A DNA stretch of 64,000 nucleotides, taken from assembly GCA_013288705.1 (NCBI GenBank), contig JABDBI010000006.1:9078-73077 (forward strand), given 5' to 3'. The position numbers and the translations under genes were made by a program. The notes beneath the pieces were generated by a model that was not told where the DNA came from, ran no database searches, and saw only the letters and a list, made by a program, of their open reading frames with translations. The first letter of the stretch is position 1. Every line of letters starts with the position of its first letter. Positions 44,583-53,961 of the stretch are shown one piece after another. Source of the stretch: Methanobacteriota archaeon (GTDB taxonomy: Bacteria; Myxococcota; UBA727; JABDBI01).

Positions 44583-45227
44583 ATGCCGGCCCGGATGACG
44601 TCTGCCATGGCCACTTTATTGTGCGTTGATCTCATGTTGATCTCGTTCAGTCGATTTCGCATACTGATCTATTTACTCACCGTTCAGGGAATCATGATTG
44701 GTGCGATGCCATTTCTATTGCGCGACGCCCCTCATTCTTTGTTCGGTTATGGGCTGATGGTGCTTAGCTTAGGTTTGCGCGGTGTGGTGTTTCCATGGCT
44801 TTTATTGGTAGCGTCACGGAAGATTAAGCTCTTGCAGCAGGGTGATTGTGTTCTGCCCCATGCGACGGCGATGGCGCTTGGCATGGGTCTGATCATGTAT
44901 TGTGTGTGGCTGGGTTCTCGTCTGAGCTTGCCCGTACCCCCGATGTCCTCGCTGATGCTTCCAGCTGCGCTTGCAACGATTTTGATGGGGCTCATGTTGA
45001 TTGTGACGAGACGCCATGCGTTATCGCAAGTGCTCGGTTACGTTGTGTTGGAAAACGGCATTTCGTTGCTCGGGATCAGTCTGCATGTGGAAGAAGAAGT
45101 GTTGGTGGAGCTTGGCACGCTCCTCGATGTTTTTGTCGGTGTTTTTGTGATGGGAGTGATGATTTACCACATTCGCCAAGAGTTTGATGCGCTCGACATG
45201 GATCAGCTCTCGGAGCTTCGGGAGTAG
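44583..45227 (+). CDS. HyfE-like membrane subunit
   Basis: 214 aa; SQVLGYVVLENGISLLG ... LVELGTLLDVF as in HyfE. Confidence 0.7.
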   Translation: MPARMTSAMATLLCVDLMLISFSRFRILIYLLTVQGIMIGAMPFLLRDAPHSLFGYGLMVLSLGLRGVVFPWLLLVASRKIKLLQQGDCVLPHATAMALGMGLIMYCVWLGSRLSLPVPPMSSLMLPAALATILMGLMLIVTRRHALSQVLGYVVLENGISLLGISLHVEEEVLVELGTLLDVFVGVFVMGVMIYHIRQEFDALDMDQLSELRE

Positions 45228-45230
45228 GCG

Positions 45231-46589
45231 ATGTTACTTGCATTGTGCTTGCTGCCCGCGGCGGCAGGTCTCGTTAGCTTTCTTCTGCGCTCAGCTCGAG
45301 CCTTGCGTTGGGCATTACTCTTCATCGCGACTGTTCACATTGCTTTGGTGGCATTGGTTTGGATGACGCCACCAGCTCCTGAGTGCGGTGGATGGTTGAT
45401 TCTCGATCATGCGGGTAAAACGATTCTAACAATTACCAGCATCATCTTTTTTGCCTGTTCGTTTTATTGCTTCGATTATCTTAGGCGGGAGAAAGCCCTG
45501 CATGAGGATGCGTCACAATCGCGCTTTGTTGGTTGCATATTGCTTTTCTTTGCTGCCATGAACTTGGTATGTTTGGTGCAAAATCTTGGGTTGCTATGGG
45601 TAGCTATCGAGGCTACCACGCTGGCAAGCGCGCCTCTTATCTATTTTCATCGCACCAGGCGTTCTCTCGAGGCCACATGGAAATATCTTATGATTTGCTC
45701 AGTGGGCATTGCGCTCGCGCTCATTGGCAATTTTGCTTTTATTCTGGCAAGTGCACACCAACTGCCCTTGGTTTGGCTTAAGGCGGGTTTTATTTTCTTG
45801 CTGGTTGGTTATGGCACCAAGATGGGTCTTGCGCCCATACACAGCTGGCTTCCCGATGCGCATAGCGAAGCGCCTTCTCCGATCTCGGCGCTGCTTTCAG
45901 GTGCGTTGCTCAACTGTGCGTTTTTGGGAATTTGGCGAGGGTATCAAGTTTTGCGCTTCGCTGGTTTGTCGGAGTTTGGTGGTGACTTGCTGATGGTCCT
46001 TGGATTTCTGTCGCTTGCGGTAGCAGCAGTATTTTTGCTTCGCTCTACAGATTTTAAGCGCATGCTCGCTTATTCGAGTGTGGAAAACATGGGGCTTTTG
46101 GCGATTGGCATTGGCGCAGGTGGCGCGGGCACGCAGGCCGCGTTTTTGCATGCAGCGAACCACTCATTGACCAAAAGCGCGCTGTTTCTTTTGGCGGGTA
46201 ATATTCTCTCGCGTTTTCATACAAAGTCGACCGAGAGTATCACAGGACTCTCGCAAGAGATGCCTCTCACCGGAGCGATGTGGTTCGCCGGCATTCTGGC
46301 CATTTTGGGTATGCCGCCTTTTGGTATTTTCGTGAGCAAGTTTGCCATTTTGAAATCGGCCTTTGATCGGGGGGGCGCGATATTTGGTTTGACCGTACTT
46401 GTGTTTCTCGCGATTGTTTTTATTGGCATGGTCACTGTGGCGATGCGCATGGTGCAGGGGCCAGCGTCGCTGCCGTCAAATCTGCGCAAGCCCGAGGCTG
46501 TTCTGAGTGTGGCGCCCGCTTTTCTACTGTTGGTCGGCACGCTGGTTTTATGCTTCTATGTGCCACCATTTTTGTTTGAGAACCCATGA
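45231..46589 (+). CDS. HyfF/NuoN/NuoM-like antiporter-type subunit
   Basis: 452 aa; GYGTKMGLAPIHSWLPDAHSEAP, AYSSVENMG. Confidence 0.8.
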   Translation: MLLALCLLPAAAGLVSFLLRSARALRWALLFIATVHIALVALVWMTPPAPECGGWLILDHAGKTILTITSIIFFACSFYCFDYLRREKALHEDASQSRFVGCILLFFAAMNLVCLVQNLGLLWVAIEATTLASAPLIYFHRTRRSLEATWKYLMICSVGIALALIGNFAFILASAHQLPLVWLKAGFIFLLVGYGTKMGLAPIHSWLPDAHSEAPSPISALLSGALLNCAFLGIWRGYQVLRFAGLSEFGGDLLMVLGFLSLAVAAVFLLRSTDFKRMLAYSSVENMGLLAIGIGAGGAGTQAAFLHAANHSLTKSALFLLAGNILSRFHTKSTESITGLSQEMPLTGAMWFAGILAILGMPPFGIFVSKFAILKSAFDRGGAIFGLTVLVFLAIVFIGMVTVAMRMVQGPASLPSNLRKPEAVLSVAPAFLLLVGTLVLCFYVPPFLFENP

Positions 46590-48043
46590 TGAATTTTGCG
46601 TCGACTCAAAATGGTGGCGTGTTAAAACAAGGGCAGATTCCCGAACTGCCATTTGCTTCGTTTCGCGCGCAAATCATCGATGCCGTGGCAGAGCAACATC
46701 GCGTTGTGGCGTTCTTTGCCAAGCCACACCAGGGTAGATTTAAGCTGTTTGCTATTCTTGCACCAATGTCGGGGAGGTCGCTACTGGTTTGCCAAAGCGA
46801 GGTGAGGGGAGACTTTGAAACGCTCACACTTGATTGCCCACAAATGCACATGTTCGAGCGCGAAATCTATGAGAACTGGCACGTCAAGCCAGTCGGACAT
46901 CCGTTTCTAAAACCGGTGAGACAGCAACTCTCCTACAACGATTTTTTCGCTGTCACCGGCACCGATATTCACGAGGTTGCGGTTGGTCCGGTGCATGCCG
47001 GCGTGATTGAGCCGGGGCACTTTCGTTTTCAGTGTCATGGCGAGAGTGTGTTGCATTTAGAAATCGCTTTGGGGTTTCAACATCGGGGCATTGAGCGAGC
47101 AATCCCGATGCTTCCAGCAAAGCGCATCATATTTGAGATGGAAACGATCGCTGGTGATACGTCGATCGGACATGCGATGGCTTATTGCAACAATGTTGAG
47201 TCCCTGTCTGGCAGTGCCGTTTCTCCTCGAGCAGAACTTCTTCGGGGTATCATGCTTGAGCTCGAGCGCCTGGCTAATCACACTGGTGATCTCGGGGCGC
47301 TTGCTGGCGACGTTGGGTTCTTGCCAACTGCTTCGTATTGCGGGCGTCTGCGCGGTGACTTCTTAAATGCCACCGCACGGATTTGTGGCAGTAGGCTGGG
47401 GCGAAATATGGTGCGCCCTGGCGGCGTTCGCTTTGATATCGATGATGCGCGTAGGGCCGAACTTCATGCAAACCTCGAGGCCGCCAAAAGAGATGTGATG
47501 AACGCTGTCGCGTTGCTTTGGAAAAGCCCATCTGCGATGGCGCGTTTTGAGGAGACGGGGCATTTATCGGAACACGATTGCTTGGCGCTGGGATTGGTGG
47601 GGATGGCCGCGCGCGCAAGCGGGGTAGGTCATGACGTGCGAACAGAGTTCCCCCGGGGCGCATATGCGCAGATTGCGGTGCCTATGATTGTGAAAAAATC
47701 TGGCGACGTCTATGCACGCGCGCGGATGCGTTGGCGAGAAATCAAGACTTCGTTAGATTTTATCGATGCAGCCTTGCAGCAGCTTGAAGCCGGAACGCTT
47801 AAGTCTTCGGTCGGAGCGATGGAGAAAGACGCATTGGTGATCAACTTAGTGGAAGGTTGGCGTGGAGAGATCTGTCACATTGGACTTACAAATACCGAGG
47901 GTCGCTTCGAACAATACAAGATTATTGATCCGTCGTTTCACAATTGGTTTGGTCTTGCGATGGCGTTGCGCAATCAGCAGATTTCTGATTTCCCGTTATG
48001 TAACAAGAGTTTTAACTTGTCTTACTGTGGTCACGATTTATGA
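46586..48043 (+). CDS. HyfG/HycE/NuoCD-like 'large subunit' lacking the Ni-Fe cysteine ligands
   Basis: GPVHAGVIEPGHFRF, GFQHRGIE; N-terminal ligand site reads ETIAGDTSIGH (expected R-x-C-G-x-C-x3-H); C-terminus reads SFNLSYCGHDL (expected D-P-C-x2-C-x2-R/H). Confidence 0.8.
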   Translation: MMNFASTQNGGVLKQGQIPELPFASFRAQIIDAVAEQHRVVAFFAKPHQGRFKLFAILAPMSGRSLLVCQSEVRGDFETLTLDCPQMHMFEREIYENWHVKPVGHPFLKPVRQQLSYNDFFAVTGTDIHEVAVGPVHAGVIEPGHFRFQCHGESVLHLEIALGFQHRGIERAIPMLPAKRIIFEMETIAGDTSIGHAMAYCNNVESLSGSAVSPRAELLRGIMLELERLANHTGDLGALAGDVGFLPTASYCGRLRGDFLNATARICGSRLGRNMVRPGGVRFDIDDARRAELHANLEAAKRDVMNAVALLWKSPSAMARFEETGHLSEHDCLALGLVGMAARASGVGHDVRTEFPRGAYAQIAVPMIVKKSGDVYARARMRWREIKTSLDFIDAALQQLEAGTLKSSVGAMEKDALVINLVEGWRGEICHIGLTNTEGRFEQYKIIDPSFHNWFGLAMALRNQQISDFPLCNKSFNLSYCGHDL

Positions 48044-48046
48044 GCG

Positions 48047-48805
48047 ATGGGGGCTTTGATGCTAAACATTATCGCTGCAAGGGTTAAACAAGGTTATCGC
48101 ACCAGCGCGTTTCCGAAAGTGGAACCGCAGCTTCCCGATCGCTTTCGCGGATTACCTAGCGTTGATTTGGCGAAATGTCCGTCCGGTTGTGCGGAGTGCG
48201 TCGAAGCTTGTCCGACGGATGCGATTCGTATCGGTGATGGCGTGCAAATTGATCTTGGCCGATGTTTGTTTTGCACTGCATGCATGGACGCGTGCCCTGA
48301 AGGAGCAATCCAGTTTAGCAACGATTATCGCCTCGCCACACGCACACGCTCCGCGCTTCATTTCGACGGAAAAGCACTTCAGCTCGCCACTGCGTTATCT
48401 GGCCGCATCCACGCGCTCTATGGGCGCTCGCTGCGCCTGCGCGAGGTAAGCGCAGGCGGGTGTAATGGCTGCGAGGCTGAAGTGAATGTGCTCTCTACTA
48501 TCGCTTTCGACTTGAGCCGTTTTGGCATTTCGATTGTTGCTTCGCCTCGTCACGCGGATGGTTTGATCATCACTGGGCCGGTGAGCAAGAACATGCAAGA
48601 AGCGTTGCGCATCACTTACGATGCGATTCCCTCACCCAAAATCGTCATCGCTGTGGGAGCATGCGCCATTTCAGGTGGCCCCTTTATGGATCACCAGGAG
48701 GTCTGCAATGGCGCAGAGAGCACGGTGCCGGTGGACCTCTATGTCCCCGGCTGTCCACCGCACCCTTTTACCATTTTGGATGGGATTTTGCGTATCTTAA
48801 AGTAG
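48047..48805 (+). CDS. Fusion of a 2x[4Fe-4S] ferredoxin (HyfH/HycF/NuoI-like) with a HycG/HyfI/NuoB-like small subunit
   Basis: [13 protein letters not shown] and [12 protein letters not shown], then [20 protein letters not shown]. Confidence 0.8.
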   Translation: MGALMLNIIAARVKQGYRTSAFPKVEPQLPDRFRGLPSVDLAKCPSGCAECVEACPTDAIRIGDGVQIDLGRCLFCTACMDACPEGAIQFSNDYRLATRTRSALHFDGKALQLATALSGRIHALYGRSLRLREVSAGGCNGCEAEVNVLSTIAFDLSRFGISIVASPRHADGLIITGPVSKNMQEALRITYDAIPSPKIVIAVGACAISGGPFMDHQEVCNGAESTVPVDLYVPGCPPHPFTILDGILRILK

Positions 48806-49957
48806 CTTCTCTTTCAGTTTCTCCGCCATATCCGTTTTCTCCCATGTAAACGACGGGTCATTGCGTCCAAAGTGCCCATATGCCGCTGTCTTCTCGTAAA
48901 TGGGCCGAAGCAACTGCAGATGCTCTACCAGTTGTGCCGGCCGCAGCGGAAACACCTCACGCACGACGCGCGAGATTTTCTGCTCATCTACTTTTGACGT
49001 ATCAAATGTTTCCACCATCACGCTGACTGGTTCTGCCACGCCGATGGCATAAGCCAGCTGAACTTCGCATCGTTCTGCAATCCCAGCAGCGACAATGTTC
49101 TTGGCAATATACCGCGCCATATATGCCGCTGAACGATCCACTTTTGACGGATCTTTTCCAGAAAACGCCCCACCACCATGGCGGCCCATGCCACCGTAAG
49201 TATCCACGATGATTTTGCGCCCGGTCACGCCGGTGTCGCCCATTGGCCCACCGATCACAAACTTGCCCGTGGGATTGATGTGAAAGCGCATATTAGGCAA
49301 CATGAGGTGTTTCGGAATGACGGGGTGAATGACTTCTTTCAAAATCGCCTCTCGCAGCGCTGAAGTCTCGATCTCGGGCGCATGTTGCGTTGAAATCACG
49401 ACGGTCTCAATGCCAACTGGCCGACCATTCTCATATGCCACCGTTACCTGGCTTTTGCCATCTGGCCGCACCCAGGGCAGAATATTCTCTTTACGCACAA
49501 TAGCGAGCCGTTTAGTCAAGCGATGCGCATATGCGATCGGCATGGGCATCAGCTCTTCCGTATCTTTACACGCATAGCCAAACATCATGCCCTGATCGCC
49601 GGCGCCTTGTTCTTTGGTGCTGGAAGAATCCACGCCTTGTGCAATATCGTTTGACTGCCCTTCGATAGCCACCAACACGCCGCAGGTAAGCCCATCGAAA
49701 CCTTGTTCTGACGAGGTGTAGCCGATATTCTGAATGGTCCTGCGCACAACCTGTGGGATATCCACCCATCCCTTGGTCCGCACTTCACCGGCTACGATGC
49801 ACACGCCCGTTTTGAAGAGCGTCTCCACGGCGCAGCGCGCGTTTGGATCGACGGTGAGCATGGCGTCCAAAATGGCATCTGAGACTTGATCGGCCATTTT
49901 ATCTGGATGGCCTTCCGTGACAGACTCGCTGGTGAACAAAAAATTACGGCTCTTCAT
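48797..49957 (-). CDS. metK: S-adenosylmethionine synthase
   Basis: [45 protein letters not shown]; start taken at ATG 49957 ([11 protein letters not shown]). Confidence 0.95.
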   Translation of the reverse strand: MKSRNFLFTSESVTEGHPDKMADQVSDAILDAMLTVDPNARCAVETLFKTGVCIVAGEVRTKGWVDIPQVVRRTIQNIGYTSSEQGFDGLTCGVLVAIEGQSNDIAQGVDSSSTKEQGAGDQGMMFGYACKDTEELMPMPIAYAHRLTKRLAIVRKENILPWVRPDGKSQVTVAYENGRPVGIETVVISTQHAPEIETSALREAILKEVIHPVIPKHLMLPNMRFHINPTGKFVIGGPMGDTGVTGRKIIVDTYGGMGRHGGGAFSGKDPSKVDRSAAYMARYIAKNIVAAGIAERCEVQLAYAIGVAEPVSVMVETFDTSKVDEQKISRVVREVFPLRPAQLVEHLQLLRPIYEKTAAYGHFGRNDPSFTWEKTDMAEKLKEKLL

Positions 49958-50080
49958 TGTGACCTGCCTTGATATGTGCGATGGGATGAGCGTAATTGCG
50001 TTTATACGGATTCGGGAAAAAGCGAAACAGCCCATTGACGGACTTTCGCGGTTTCTTCAATTTGCTAGGATCATTTTCAG

Positions 50081-50156
50081 GCCGACGTAGCTCAGATGGT
50101 AGAGCAGCTGATTCGTAATCAGCAGGTCAGCGGTTCGATTCCGCTCGTCGGCTCCA
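50081..50156 (+). tRNA. tRNA-Thr (anticodon CGU), CCA encoded
   Basis: Hand-folded cloverleaf: acceptor GCCGACG/CGTCGGC, D stem GCTC/GAGC, anticodon stem GCTGA/TCAGC with loop TTCGTAA, T arm AGCGG-TTCGATT-CCGCT, discriminator T, CCA. Confidence 0.95.
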
Positions 50157-50313
50157 ATGCTAATGGCGGCGCAGCAAATATTTCCCGACCAACTTCTTAA
50201 GAACGAGGCCTAATTGCCTTCACGGCGTGGTATGCGGAGGACGCTCCCTATTATGAACTGCCCACGCTGAGGTTGCTGACTGGAGGCAGCTTGCTCAAGA
50301 GGGGCAGATCAAG

Positions 50314-50571
50314 TTAGTCGGCTAGCTTTCCGATGTCGCGCTTTTCGTAGATGCAAATATCAGGAAAGTGGCGATTCCACTTTTTTTTACGCCTGCTGAG
50401 GTTGTAATGATCCCAGCCAGGGCCAGAAATCTCAATCTCTCCTGCTATTTCCATAAAGAAGGCACCGATCATTCTCAAATGTTTGGTTTTTTTGGTCATC
50501 ACAACCAATTCTCCAACCTCCATTGAGACGGCCTGGTCTTCTTCTCCCTTTTTTGCGACTAGAAATTTCAT
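50314..50571 (-). CDS. Small protein downstream of the Hint-domain gene (candidate immunity protein)
   Basis: ATG 50571 (MKFLVAKKGEEDQ..) 11 nt after the toxin-like gene's stop, preceded by aaaggg; 85 aa; no family recognised. Confidence 0.4.
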   Translation of the reverse strand: MKFLVAKKGEEDQAVSMEVGELVVMTKKTKHLRMIGAFFMEIAGEIEISGPGWDHYNLSRRKKKWNRHFPDICIYEKRDIGKLAD

Positions 50572-50582
50572 TTTTTTCCCTT

Positions 50583-51671
50583 TTATATGACGCCGGGCGG
50601 TAGTTTCCAGCCCATGCGCTTGAGCCATTCTTTAAGTCTTTGCGTCCACTTTGGGGGACCGTCTCCCGGGTGTCGAATTGATCCGCCCCTATTTAATGCA
50701 TAACCTGTGTCAAAATGGATGTGGTCTTCTTCATTTGGGGCGCCTGGTACATGTGGTGGGTGAGCCTGATCAACACATTTCGGAGCCCGGCCTCTTATGA
50801 TCTCTTGCACAACCTGGTTTATGCTTTTGCGTCTTGCCTCCACCTCATGTCTTTTTGCGACCGAAAGCGTTTTATACTCTATCGAATCAGGAGAAAGGTA
50901 GGTAAGCAATTCTCGCGCATAATTAACAATTTCCCACGTATCCTGGTCTGCGGCCTGTTGGGCAAGAGATCTCTCATATCCCGCCGCTAGTCGATCTTCG
51001 TCCCATTCTCTTTGCTGGGCTTTTTGCTCATAGTATTTATTCGCCTCTGCTTGGGTGGCAAAGGTACGACCACGATCTCTTTGTATTTGTGGGATTTCCA
51101 CGGTTGGGCCGATAACGAAAGGAATTACTCCCGCAGGAGCGGCACCTGCAAGAACGCGTGGCGCCCCTGTCTGAAATACCCATTTTAATCCTTGAGCAAT
51201 CGCCTGAGCGAAATTATGCACAAGGATGTCTTCGCGGGTCACATAAAAATTCTCATTATCCTCAACCGTGATTGCGTGAAGTGTGACTGGGGCATCATTC
51301 CAAATGTCAACGCTGCCAATGCTGGCTGGAAAAATTTTGGATGTTACCAGCAGATCGCCAGAAGCCAATTCTGATATTTTTACCCATTCTCTTTTTTGTG
51401 TATCAAGGACAAGCTGGTCTTTGTCGCAAGCAAAGCCATCCCCTCCGACTTGAACCACCACAAAATTTTGCGCTTTTATCAAATGTGTTGCAGTGACTTT
51501 TTTGGCAATACAATGCTCTTTGTAATCGCAGCTAAGCACCTCGTCACCCACCTTCAGGTCTTCTATTTTGGTATAGCCCTGGGGCGTTTTAACCAGCGTG
51601 TTTTCAACGAACCCCCCGGCGTTGGCGACGGAACATAAAAGAAAAATGAGAGAATAAATATACTTCTTCAC
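50583..51671 (-). CDS. Secreted Hint (Hedgehog/intein-like) domain protein with unknown C-terminal domain (polymorphic-toxin-like)
   Basis: Signal peptide MKKYIYSLIFLLCSVANA, then GFVENTLVKTPQGYTKIEDLKVGDEVLS ... FYVTREDILVHNF (Hint N- and C-terminal blocks), then ~210 aa ending ..EEDHIHFDTGYALNRGGSIRHPGDG.. Confidence 0.6.
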   Translation of the reverse strand: MKKYIYSLIFLLCSVANAGGFVENTLVKTPQGYTKIEDLKVGDEVLSCDYKEHCIAKKVTATHLIKAQNFVVVQVGGDGFACDKDQLVLDTQKREWVKISELASGDLLVTSKIFPASIGSVDIWNDAPVTLHAITVEDNENFYVTREDILVHNFAQAIAQGLKWVFQTGAPRVLAGAAPAGVIPFVIGPTVEIPQIQRDRGRTFATQAEANKYYEQKAQQREWDEDRLAAGYERSLAQQAADQDTWEIVNYARELLTYLSPDSIEYKTLSVAKRHEVEARRKSINQVVQEIIRGRAPKCVDQAHPPHVPGAPNEEDHIHFDTGYALNRGGSIRHPGDGPPKWTQRLKEWLKRMGWKLPPGVI

Positions 51672-51801
51672 ATTAGCCTCTTGATGATTAATAATGGAGG
51701 CATGGTCGCATGATATGTGCCAATGTCAAGAAAACTCAACATCTGCATGTTTATGTGCTAGTTAAATCATGGTTAACTGTGTGTAAATAAATAGATGTAG
51801 T

Positions 51802-51829
51802 AACGGTTCGATTCCGCGCGTCCGCACCA
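51802..51829 (+). other. tRNA 3'-end-like fragment (T-loop, acceptor 3' strand, CCA), 24/28 identical to the 3' end of tRNA-Thr at 50129-50156
   Basis: aacggttcgattccgcgcgtccgcacca versus agcggttcgattccgctcgtcggctcca; no matching 5' half upstream. Confidence 0.7.
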
Positions 51830-51840
51830 AATAGAATAGT

Positions 51841-53832
51841 CTAATTTTGCCCAACCCAAAGATTCCCACTCGCGTCGCGCTCAACAATTGCCGATGGTGT
51901 CGCTGCCCTCGAGATTGTAATATTGACATTACTTGCCGGTTTAGGATCGGGCAAACTAGAGCCAACTCCAGTCAACTGTGTCCATGTTGTCCCGTCGAAC
52001 GACCAGATATTAAAATTGGAATCCGCTATAACAATTGCGGTTGGCGTCGGAATGCCAGCAAAGAAACCAAAATTGCCATCCCCAGGGTTGGGGGAAAATG
52101 TGGAACCATTGCCTGAGAGCTGTGTCCAACTTGTGCCATTATAGATCCATACATTGTTATTAGCATCTGTAATGAGAATCGACGAGGGCGTTGGGTTACG
52201 CGCAATCAACCCTAGCGTTGCAGGTTGTCCGGCGCCGCCCGTCAGCTGCGTCCAACTTGTCCCGTTAAATGCCCACAACTGATTGGAGATAAGAACGATC
52301 GAAGACGCTGTTGGGTTGCCTAAAATAATTGATCCGGCGCTCACTGGCTGTGAAGCGCCACCAGTTTGCTGTGTCCAGCTTGCGCCATTATTGGTCGACG
52401 TCCAGACAACATCGGTTCTATCCTGGATCACAATTGAAGAAGGCGTCGAGGGACCAAAAATACCGCTTTGGGCGTTCGATGGTGTGCTAACACCATTGGT
52501 GAGTTGAGTCCAACCCGTTCCACCGCCTCCAGCATTGTATTCCCACAAATACCCATGGCTATCCGCAATCAGGATAAATGAAGCAGTTGCATTGTTGCTA
52601 ATACTCCACGTGGGAGCATCCGGTTGTGTCGGTGAGCCAGTGCCATTCGTGAGCTCTTTCCAAACCGTACCGTTATAAGCCCATAGGTTTAGAGGCGCAT
52701 CTTGCGCAACAACAGACGATGGTGTCGGATTGCCAACAATGCCGCCATCGATGTTGGCGGGCTCCGTAGGAGGGCCGATTCCGGTGGTGAACTGTTGCCA
52801 AGCTGCTCCATTATATATCCAAAGATTATTATGGACGCTGGCGTCCCATATCGCGATGGATGTGGGTGTTGGGTTCCCAAATATTTCAATCACGCCTGGT
52901 GGTACGGCCGCGTTTAATTGGGTCCAAGTGCCATTTGCAAAATCCCATATATTTGCGGGCTTGGAATTATCTGTCGCCAGCGTGAAAGTGGGTGTGGCAT
53001 TTAGGTTAACTTGGCTTCTCGTCGTTGTTGTAGGTTGACCGCCACCATTCGAAATTTGCGTCCAGAATTGAGAGACAGTTAAAGGCGCAATCACTGGTGT
53101 GCTTGGGCTCGCAAATGCTGAAATGTTTACCTCTCCGACGCTCAATGCGTTGACAGACACTGTACAAGTATTACCGATTGACGGTAGTATTGTGCAAGAA
53201 GGCGAAGCGACAGCGGCGATTGCAGGATTGCTCGAGGCAAAACTTACAACCACATTTGACAGATTATTGGAGCCAAATAGCGACACAGTAGCGGTTTTGC
53301 TAAATCCAACTGCAATCGTTGGGCTCATCGAGATGCTTAACCTGCCTAAAGAACTGCCGCCGCCAATGACGACATTTGGCGCCCCTGTCCCGGCTTGAAC
53401 GGTAGGCGAATGGGCTGTGGGGTATCCGTCGGCAGAAGCTGTTACAGAGATTAACGAAGTAGGCTGAAGACCAAGTATTTCAAATGTACACGAGTTGTTT
53501 TGGCTTGAAAGAACGCAACTACTCGGAGAGATGATCCCAAGTGGCGGGTTCTGAACCGGATTTAATGTCAGTGTCACGGTTAAGCTTGTCACGCCAGAAC
53601 TGCCATTGAGCGTTATAGTTCCAGCCAGGGTGTTCGTGTTGCCTGTGCTCAGGGAAAATTCATGAATGGCGGAGGTGCTTGCTTTGTTGATGATCACACT
53701 TAAGGTTCCCGCCTGATATTGTTGTGGGGGCATCGTCGTAAGCGCGGGAGCCGATGTCGATGCACCTTGGTTACTCGATGCTGAGCATCCAGCACAAATT
53801 ACAATAAGCACATAAGCATAAACTCTATTCAT
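51841..53832 (-). CDS. Lipoprotein with S/T-rich Ig-like N-terminal region and eight W-x-[YF]-[ND]-G-x-x-W-T-Q-L-T repeats (beta-propeller-like)
   Basis: ATG 53832: MNRVYAYVLIVICAGCS lipobox; repeats NIWDFANGTWTQLNAA, NLWIYNGAAWQQFTTG, NLWAYNGTVWKELTNG, GTGWTQLTNG, GASWTQQTGG, LWAFNGTSWTQLTGG, VWIYNGTSWTQLSGN, IWSFDGTTWTQLTGV. Confidence 0.6.
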   Translation of the reverse strand: MNRVYAYVLIVICAGCSASSNQGASTSAPALTTMPPQQYQAGTLSVIINKASTSAIHEFSLSTGNTNTLAGTITLNGSSGVTSLTVTLTLNPVQNPPLGIISPSSCVLSSQNNSCTFEILGLQPTSLISVTASADGYPTAHSPTVQAGTGAPNVVIGGGSSLGRLSISMSPTIAVGFSKTATVSLFGSNNLSNVVVSFASSNPAIAAVASPSCTILPSIGNTCTVSVNALSVGEVNISAFASPSTPVIAPLTVSQFWTQISNGGGQPTTTTRSQVNLNATPTFTLATDNSKPANIWDFANGTWTQLNAAVPPGVIEIFGNPTPTSIAIWDASVHNNLWIYNGAAWQQFTTGIGPPTEPANIDGGIVGNPTPSSVVAQDAPLNLWAYNGTVWKELTNGTGSPTQPDAPTWSISNNATASFILIADSHGYLWEYNAGGGGTGWTQLTNGVSTPSNAQSGIFGPSTPSSIVIQDRTDVVWTSTNNGASWTQQTGGASQPVSAGSIILGNPTASSIVLISNQLWAFNGTSWTQLTGGAGQPATLGLIARNPTPSSILITDANNNVWIYNGTSWTQLSGNGSTFSPNPGDGNFGFFAGIPTPTAIVIADSNFNIWSFDGTTWTQLTGVGSSLPDPKPASNVNITISRAATPSAIVERDASGNLWVGQN

Positions 53833-53961
53833 TATTGCCCCCAAAATTTCGGCAATACTGCCGCAGTATAAAAGTATACAATTGATAATTTTAAGAAAAC
53901 AATGATGATGGTTGATATTTGTCTGACTCCTGTGGAATAGAGCGCGGCAAAGGCATGTTTT

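Noticed and set aside
46586-48043. Calling the HyfG-like gene a functional [NiFe]-hydrogenase large subunit
   Set aside because: Both cysteine-pair ligand motifs are replaced (ETIAGDTSIGH; FNLSYCGHDL). It is therefore described as hydrogenase-related only.
49958-50080. SAM riboswitch upstream of metK
   Set aside because: The leader is only about 120 nt. I could not recognise the conserved SAM-I/SAM-II helices or core by eye. A covariance-model scan would be needed.
50157-51801. Prophage or integrative element with integrase at tRNA-Thr
   Set aside because: No integrase, recombinase or phage-like ORF lies between the tRNA and the tRNA-like fragment. Only the Hint-domain gene and a small ORF are there, so it is described as a remnant islet.
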